Source of the DNA: an uncultured bacterium
GTDB taxonomy: Bacteria > Zhuqueibacterota > QNDG01 > CAYUAG01
Assembly: GCA_964442615.1 (NCBI GenBank)
Contig: CAYUAG010000008.1
Coordinates: 1-60,950, forward strand
Direction of reading: 5' to 3'
DNA length: 60,950 bases
Made by a program: the position numbers and the translations under genes
The notes under the pieces: model-generated
What the model saw: only the letters and a program-made list of their open reading frames with translations
Told to the model about the DNA's origin: nothing
Databases searched by the model: none
Shown: positions 56,437 through 60,950 of the stretch, piece after piece
How the letters are laid out: the number at the start of each line of letters is the position of its first letter
Numbering within the stretch: the stretch's first letter is position 1

Positions 56437-56495
56437 ATCAGATATTAGATAGATTAGGGGATGAAGGTGGGAGGAGCTAACTTCTATCTTCTAAC
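56437..56495 (-). repeat. Purine-rich repeat, copy C (inverted), abutting the right IS end
   Basis: 56476-56495 (GCTAACTTCTATCTTCTAAC) is the exact reverse complement of 28847-28866. ATTAGATAGATTAGGGGATGAAGG-type purine-rich sequence precedes it. Confidence 0.7.
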
Positions 56496-56521
56496 ATCTA
56501 AAAGCTGGTATGAGGTAAAAA

Positions 56522-56992
56522 ATGATTGAAATATTAATACCAGGAGATGGAAACTATCAGTTACATTACCTTGTGCTTGATTATAATGGTACCATCGCTA
56601 TTGATGGATATCTTATAAAAGGTGTAAAACAGCGGCTATGTACATTAGCAAACAAAATAGAAATACATGTAGTAACAGCTGATACCTTCGGCAGAGCCCG
56701 GTCCGGTCTGAAGGATATTCCTTGTACCCTCTCAATACTTCCTTTTGATAATCAGGTAGCAAGAAAGCTAGAGTATGTCGAACAATTGGGAACAGATCAG
56801 GTTGTCTGTATTGGAAACGGTAGTAATGACTGTAGTATGATTCAGAAAGCTTGTTTGGGAATAGCGGTGATTCAGGCAGAAGGTATTTGTACAGAAAGTT
56901 TACATTCTGCAGATATAGTTTGCTGTAGTATAATTAATGCTTTAGATTTACTGCTTCATACTAAACGTTTGATTGCTTTAAAAAGAAGATAA
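56522..56992 (+). CDS. HAD-superfamily protein resembling the soluble P-type-ATPase-like hydrolase group
   Basis: 156 aa. Motif I is LVLDYNGTIA (DxxGT). The C-terminal motif GNGSNDCSMIQKACLGIAV (GDGxND-like) matches the HAD/P-type ATPase cap-less core. Confidence 0.6.
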   Translation: MIEILIPGDGNYQLHYLVLDYNGTIAIDGYLIKGVKQRLCTLANKIEIHVVTADTFGRARSGLKDIPCTLSILPFDNQVARKLEYVEQLGTDQVVCIGNGSNDCSMIQKACLGIAVIQAEGICTESLHSADIVCCSIINALDLLLHTKRLIALKRR

Positions 56993-57152
56993 AAATTAGT
57001 GAAACATTATATATTATCATGCGTAAACTTCAACAAATAAATAAAGAGAAATATTGGCTGAGATTTTATCATTTAGCTTATAAAGTATAGAAATTATTTA
57101 TTGGTAAAATTTGGTGTAAATAAAAAAATTTATTAAAATTAAGGAGAGTATT

Positions 57153-58079
57153 TTGTCTGTTGTACTTAATGATGTTACTATTAAATATGGAGATGTTACT
57201 GCTGTACATAAAATGACAGCTAATTTTCCTACTGGTGCTACAGGTCTTCTGGGTGTGAATGGAGCAGGTAAATCCAGTCTAATCAAGGGACTTTTGGGAC
57301 TGGTTAAAATTTCTTATGGCAGTGCATCAATCCTCGGACATAACGTTTCTACAGAGCAAAGGTCAATCCGTCAACTCATAGGGTATATGCCTGAAGATGA
57401 TTGTATTATTCCAGGTTTAACAGGATTGGGTATGGTGCAGTATGCAGGAGAACTATGCGGAATGAGTAAAGAGGATGCACGAGAGCGTGCTCATGAGGTG
57501 TTGTTTTTAGTAGGCTTAGGAGAAGCTCGTTACAGAAAAGTAGAGGCTTATTCTTCTGGTATGAGACAGCGTATAAAGTTAGCTCAATCACTAGTTCACG
57601 ATCCCAAACTTCTTTTTCTGGATGAACCCACTAGCGGGATGGATCCAAAGGGAAGACAGGAGATGCTCGATTTGATCAAGACCATTACTAATTCGGTTAA
57701 TATCAGCATTGTTTTGGCTTCTCATATTCTTTCAGATGTTGAAAGGACCTGTGATAGAATTGTAATAATTCACCGAGGAGCTCTAGCCAGGGAAGGTGAT
57801 ATGCAAGGGATTAAAGGCAAATATTCAGGTTCCTTTACAGTTCGAATTGATGGGGATAAAGAAGAATTTATTAAGATACTGGAAGAAAAAAAGTGTGAAA
57901 TTTCCTCTTCAGGTAAGAATCTTCTGGATGTAACACTTCCTGATAGAGAGGACACAGATTTAATATTGAGGGCAGCACATCAATCTGAAGTTAAACTTCG
58001 AAAAATGGTTCCAAGTATACAGTCACTTGAGGATGTATTTGTAAAGCTCATTAAGGAGGATGATTATGCCCATTTATAA
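57153..58079 (+). CDS. ABC transporter ATP-binding protein (copy 1)
   Basis: Walker A GVNGAGKSS, signature SSGMRQR, Walker B LLFLDEPTSGMD, H-loop ASHIL. TTG start 6 nt after AAGGAG. Confidence 0.9.
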   Translation: MSVVLNDVTIKYGDVTAVHKMTANFPTGATGLLGVNGAGKSSLIKGLLGLVKISYGSASILGHNVSTEQRSIRQLIGYMPEDDCIIPGLTGLGMVQYAGELCGMSKEDARERAHEVLFLVGLGEARYRKVEAYSSGMRQRIKLAQSLVHDPKLLFLDEPTSGMDPKGRQEMLDLIKTITNSVNISIVLASHILSDVERTCDRIVIIHRGALAREGDMQGIKGKYSGSFTVRIDGDKEEFIKILEEKKCEISSSGKNLLDVTLPDREDTDLILRAAHQSEVKLRKMVPSIQSLEDVFVKLIKEDDYAHL

Positions 58080-58923
58080 AGAGACCTATCACAATTGGTA
58101 TGGCCGTTTGAAAGAAAATCCCTTAACCTGGTGGGTTATTGGAAAAACTGGGATTCAATTGGTTATGAGAAAAAGCAAAACTCTTATGATACTTATTCTC
58201 ATAACTTCATCAATCTCTTTTTTTATCAGAGCAGTACAAATATACCTGGTAACCAAGGTAGGTGAATCGTCAAGAATAGTTCAGGGTTTAAGAGGTCTAA
58301 AAATTAATACTGAATTTTTTGCCGGTTTTATGCAAGGACAAATGTTTTTTATTATCCTGATTGTTATTCTTACTGGAGCGGGATTAATTGCCCAGGAAAG
58401 AAAATTTAAGGCTTTATCTGTCTATTTTTCAAAACCAGTAACATTTTGGGATTATATTGGTGGCAAATTTTTAATTGTAGGATTTTATGGAATTCTTGTA
58501 ACCCTTGTTCCAGGATTAATACTTTTTACCATGAAAGCACTTCTGGCTAATGATTTAACCTTCCTAAAGACTTATTACTGGATACCATTCTCAATGCTAG
58601 CCTATGTTGTAATCCTTATAACTGTTTTAGGAGGATTGATTCTTGCTTTGTCTTCTGCAGCAAAAGGAAGTGGATCTGCAGCAGTGATTTTTATTGTTAT
58701 ACTTATGTTTCCTGATATATTGAGTAAAATTTTATCCAGAATTCCTGAAGTGGGAATATTTTCAGTTCAATCTTCATTAAAACAGACCGGAGCATTTTTC
58801 TTTGGTATTGAAAAACCTTATGCATTTGCAGTTTATTGGGGAATATTGATGCTGGTAGGTATAATTGTTTTGAGTTTTGTTGTATTGCAGAGTAAGATAA
58901 AACCTACTGAGGTGGTAAAATGA
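58066..58923 (+). CDS. ABC-2-type permease-like membrane protein (copy 1)
   Basis: About 6 TM helices. The N-terminus YKETYHNWYGRLKENPLTWWVIGKTG precedes TM1. It overlaps both flanking ATPase genes (coupled). The ATG at 58066 is preferred, because AAGGAGG directly abuts the 58060 ATG. Confidence 0.6.
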   Translation: MPIYKETYHNWYGRLKENPLTWWVIGKTGIQLVMRKSKTLMILILITSSISFFIRAVQIYLVTKVGESSRIVQGLRGLKINTEFFAGFMQGQMFFIILIVILTGAGLIAQERKFKALSVYFSKPVTFWDYIGGKFLIVGFYGILVTLVPGLILFTMKALLANDLTFLKTYYWIPFSMLAYVVILITVLGGLILALSSAAKGSGSAAVIFIVILMFPDILSKILSRIPEVGIFSVQSSLKQTGAFFFGIEKPYAFAVYWGILMLVGIIVLSFVVLQSKIKPTEVVK

Positions 58924-59837
58924 ATATTGAGGCAAAAAATTTAAGTAAATGGTATGGTCAAGTGATTGGAGTAAATAATCTGGAATTTACCATCGAACCT
59001 GGTGTTACTGGATATCTTGGCCCCAATGGAGCAGGAAAGACCACTTTACTTCGTCTTTTTACTGGCCAATTAAAACCAAGTAAAGGTAGTTTATTTATTG
59101 ATGGTGAAAAGGTATGGAATAATCATGAAATATTAAATAAGATTGGGTATTGTCCAGAATTAGATAATTTTTGGGATTATTTAACCGGTTTTGAGTTTGT
59201 TTTAGCAACCTTGCGCATGCATGGTTTTTCAACTTCTGAAGCAAACAAGAAAGCTAAAGATGCAGTAGTTACTATGAACATGGAAGAATTTCAAAATAAA
59301 AAGATCGGAAGCTACAGCAAAGGAATGCGTCAGAGAATAAAGATGGCTCAGGCAATTGCTCATAATCCTCTGCTTCTTTTTCTTGATGAGCCCTTGAATG
59401 GCATGGATCCTCTGGGAAGACGTTCTACCATTGATTTAATAAAAGAGTTTGGTGAGCAGGGGAAAACTGTTATTGTTTCAAGCCATATTCTTCATGAAGT
59501 AGAGGAAATGACAGATACAATACTTCTAATTAACCATGGTAGATTATTGGCTGAGGGGAACATATATGAGATCAGGGAACTCATTGATACTCATCCTCTG
59601 CAGGTAACCATAATCTGTGATAAAGTGAATATTCTTACTTCAAAACTATTGGAGTTTGATGATGTAAAAAGTGTGCAATTACATAGAGAAGAGAATCAGA
59701 TAACCATAGAGACCTTGTCTCCAGAGAAATTTCATAAGAGATTACCGATGTTAGCTTTAGATAACAATATTAAGATAAAGTCTCTCTGGTCACCTGATGA
59801 GAATCTTGAAGCTGTATTTGATTATCTTGTGAGGTAG
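58920..59837 (+). CDS. ABC transporter ATP-binding protein (copy 2)
   Basis: Walker A GPNGAGKTT, signature SKGMRQR, Walker B LLFLDEPLNGMD, H-loop SSHIL. ATGA overlap with the preceding gene. Confidence 0.9.
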   Translation: MNIEAKNLSKWYGQVIGVNNLEFTIEPGVTGYLGPNGAGKTTLLRLFTGQLKPSKGSLFIDGEKVWNNHEILNKIGYCPELDNFWDYLTGFEFVLATLRMHGFSTSEANKKAKDAVVTMNMEEFQNKKIGSYSKGMRQRIKMAQAIAHNPLLLFLDEPLNGMDPLGRRSTIDLIKEFGEQGKTVIVSSHILHEVEEMTDTILLINHGRLLAEGNIYEIRELIDTHPLQVTIICDKVNILTSKLLEFDDVKSVQLHREENQITIETLSPEKFHKRLPMLALDNNIKIKSLWSPDENLEAVFDYLVR

Positions 59838-59840
59838 AAT

Positions 59841-60644
59841 ATGAACTTTTTGTTTAAATTTTTTATAAGAAATAACATTAATAGTAAAAGAACAATCTGG
59901 ATAAGCATAATGGCTTTAGTTCCTGTTTTATTTGCTATAATCATACTTCTGCTTAAACCATTAATCTCAGAGGAAGGAGTAACTGTTTCATCACTATTTC
60001 CCCAAGTGTCGGTTTTTTTATACATACATTTTTTACTTCCATTGACTGCCATATTTGTAGGCACAGCAGTTATTGGTGATGAAGTAGATGGCAGGACTCT
60101 TCCTTATCTGTTAACCAGACCAATACCAAGACGTACCATTGTTATTTCAAAACTTCTGTCTGGTGCAGCTATGACTGGTTTGATATTTATGATTTCTCTT
60201 GCTTTGACCTATACAATAATGAAGCTGGAAAACGGTTTTAGCGGTTTAATTAAAGAATCAGATATTTACCTTGGTACAGTGGGTATTATGTTTCTTGGCT
60301 TGGTAGTTTATTTACCTCTTTTTTGTTTTATTGGTGGTCTTTTAAAGAGACCTGTACTTGCAGGTCTCTTCTTTACCTTTGGATGGGAGTCTACAGTAAG
60401 TTTTCTTCCAGGGAATATTAAATATTTTTCTATATCCCACTACCTACATATTTTTGCCAAGAGATTATATGACAGTCAATTTACCAATATAGATCCTCAA
60501 AGAGCTTTATTAAATTTGCTTTTCAGATCAAAGGAGATATCTAGCGAAGCTGCTATATTGATACTGTTGGTTATTGCTTGCATTTTTGTATTTTTATCAG
60601 CATCTCTGCTTTATATCAAGGAGTATCGGCTTGAGAAAGGTTAA
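59841..60644 (+). CDS. ABC-2-type permease (copy 2)
   Basis: 267 aa with about 6 TM helices. GDEVDGRTLPYLLTRPIPRRTIVISK matches the 'E.e.gTle.Ll..P..R..i..gK' loop common in ABC-2 permeases. Confidence 0.65.
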   Translation: MNFLFKFFIRNNINSKRTIWISIMALVPVLFAIIILLLKPLISEEGVTVSSLFPQVSVFLYIHFLLPLTAIFVGTAVIGDEVDGRTLPYLLTRPIPRRTIVISKLLSGAAMTGLIFMISLALTYTIMKLENGFSGLIKESDIYLGTVGIMFLGLVVYLPLFCFIGGLLKRPVLAGLFFTFGWESTVSFLPGNIKYFSISHYLHIFAKRLYDSQFTNIDPQRALLNLLFRSKEISSEAAILILLVIACIFVFLSASLLYIKEYRLEKG

Positions 60645-60717
60645 AAAGTATAGGATGTAGTCAGGTATGATACACCATAATTTTATTTTTTGAAATTTTA
60701 ATAGAATATTATTGTAT

Positions 60718-60754
60718 AAAGGTAACCTTTATTTAAAAGGTTACCTTTTTATTT
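60718..60754 (+). terminator. Intrinsic terminator after the ABC operon (bidirectional-looking)
   Basis: AAAGGTAACCTTT (60718-30) pairs perfectly with AAAGGTTACCTTT (60736-48) around a 5-nt loop. A T-rich tail (TTATTT) follows. Confidence 0.6.
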
Positions 60755-60950
60755 AGTTGAATTTTTTGAATTACTGTTAGTTACATTATTATGGAATGAA
60801 AAAATGATTACATTTTATAATCAAGAAAACTATTTATCGATTGTATCAGGTTTAGTAAGTTTTTTCATCTCATTTAAAATTTCTTTTACCTCCAGGGAAT
60901 CAAGTTTTTTATCTTTAAAAGAAGTTTGAAAAGTAGTCATAAGGCCTTGA

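Noticed and set aside
60830-60949. Minus-strand reading frame open to the right edge (...MTTFQTSFKDKKLDSLEVKEILNEMKKLTKPDTIDK*)
   Set aside because: Only about 40 codons are visible and no motif is recognisable. It may be the 3' end of a real gene extending beyond the window, but that cannot be supported here.

Overview
This is a 60.9-kb chromosomal window from an AT-rich bacterium. Spot counts give about 15-30% GC in spacers and lineage-specific genes, and about 43-50% in conserved enzyme genes. All calls come from reading the ORF translations and the DNA by eye; no database search was run.

Gene content:
- Left end (minus strand): a 2032-aa secreted repeat protein with a T9SS/FlgD_ig-type C-terminal sorting domain. 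It is followed by a PorV/PorQ-like outer-membrane barrel fused to TPR repeats, then a partial RsbW-like anti-sigma kinase.
- A long minus-strand operon: hrcA-grpE-dnaJ-comEA, three lineage-specific genes, then rsmD, coaD and pta. I read the three lineage-specific genes as prepilin-like, PilM-like and PilN-like.
- Centre: many peptidase and amino-acid catabolism genes. These are a tricorn-like S41 protease, an M14 carboxypeptidase-like protein, oligopeptidase B, an M1 aminopeptidase, gcvPA and an APC permease.
- Also in the centre: a TonB-dependent receptor, tRNA-Val and tRNA-Asp, CapA, a Zn-phospholipase-C-fold orphan, a GT39-like glycosyltransferase and a ferritin-VIT1 iron transporter.
- Further genes: an ICMT-like methyltransferase fused to HEAT repeats, an O-methyltransferase, a frameshifted sensor-ectodomain fragment, a FabK/NMO-like reductase, DUF418, GNAT and DUF4440-like proteins.
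- Right part: a second 'secreted protein + PorV-like barrel' pair, a PPi-type phosphofructokinase and comFC. An intact IS3-family element with a fused OrfAB follows, then a HAD-like gene and a duplicated ABC (ATPase-permease)x2 operon.

No rRNA, CRISPR array or recognisable riboswitch was seen.

The most interesting candidates are:
1. The cryptic ComEA / prepilin-like / PilM-like / PilN-like module, including a Trp-octad-repeat protein.
2. The two cargo + PorV-like cassettes.
3. The ICMT-HEAT fusion neighbourhood.
4. A purine-rich repeat family that brackets the IS.

The T9SS-type sorting tail, the peptidase-rich content and the low GC suggest an FCB-superphylum or Cloacimonadota-like uncultivated lineage. 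This is inference only.
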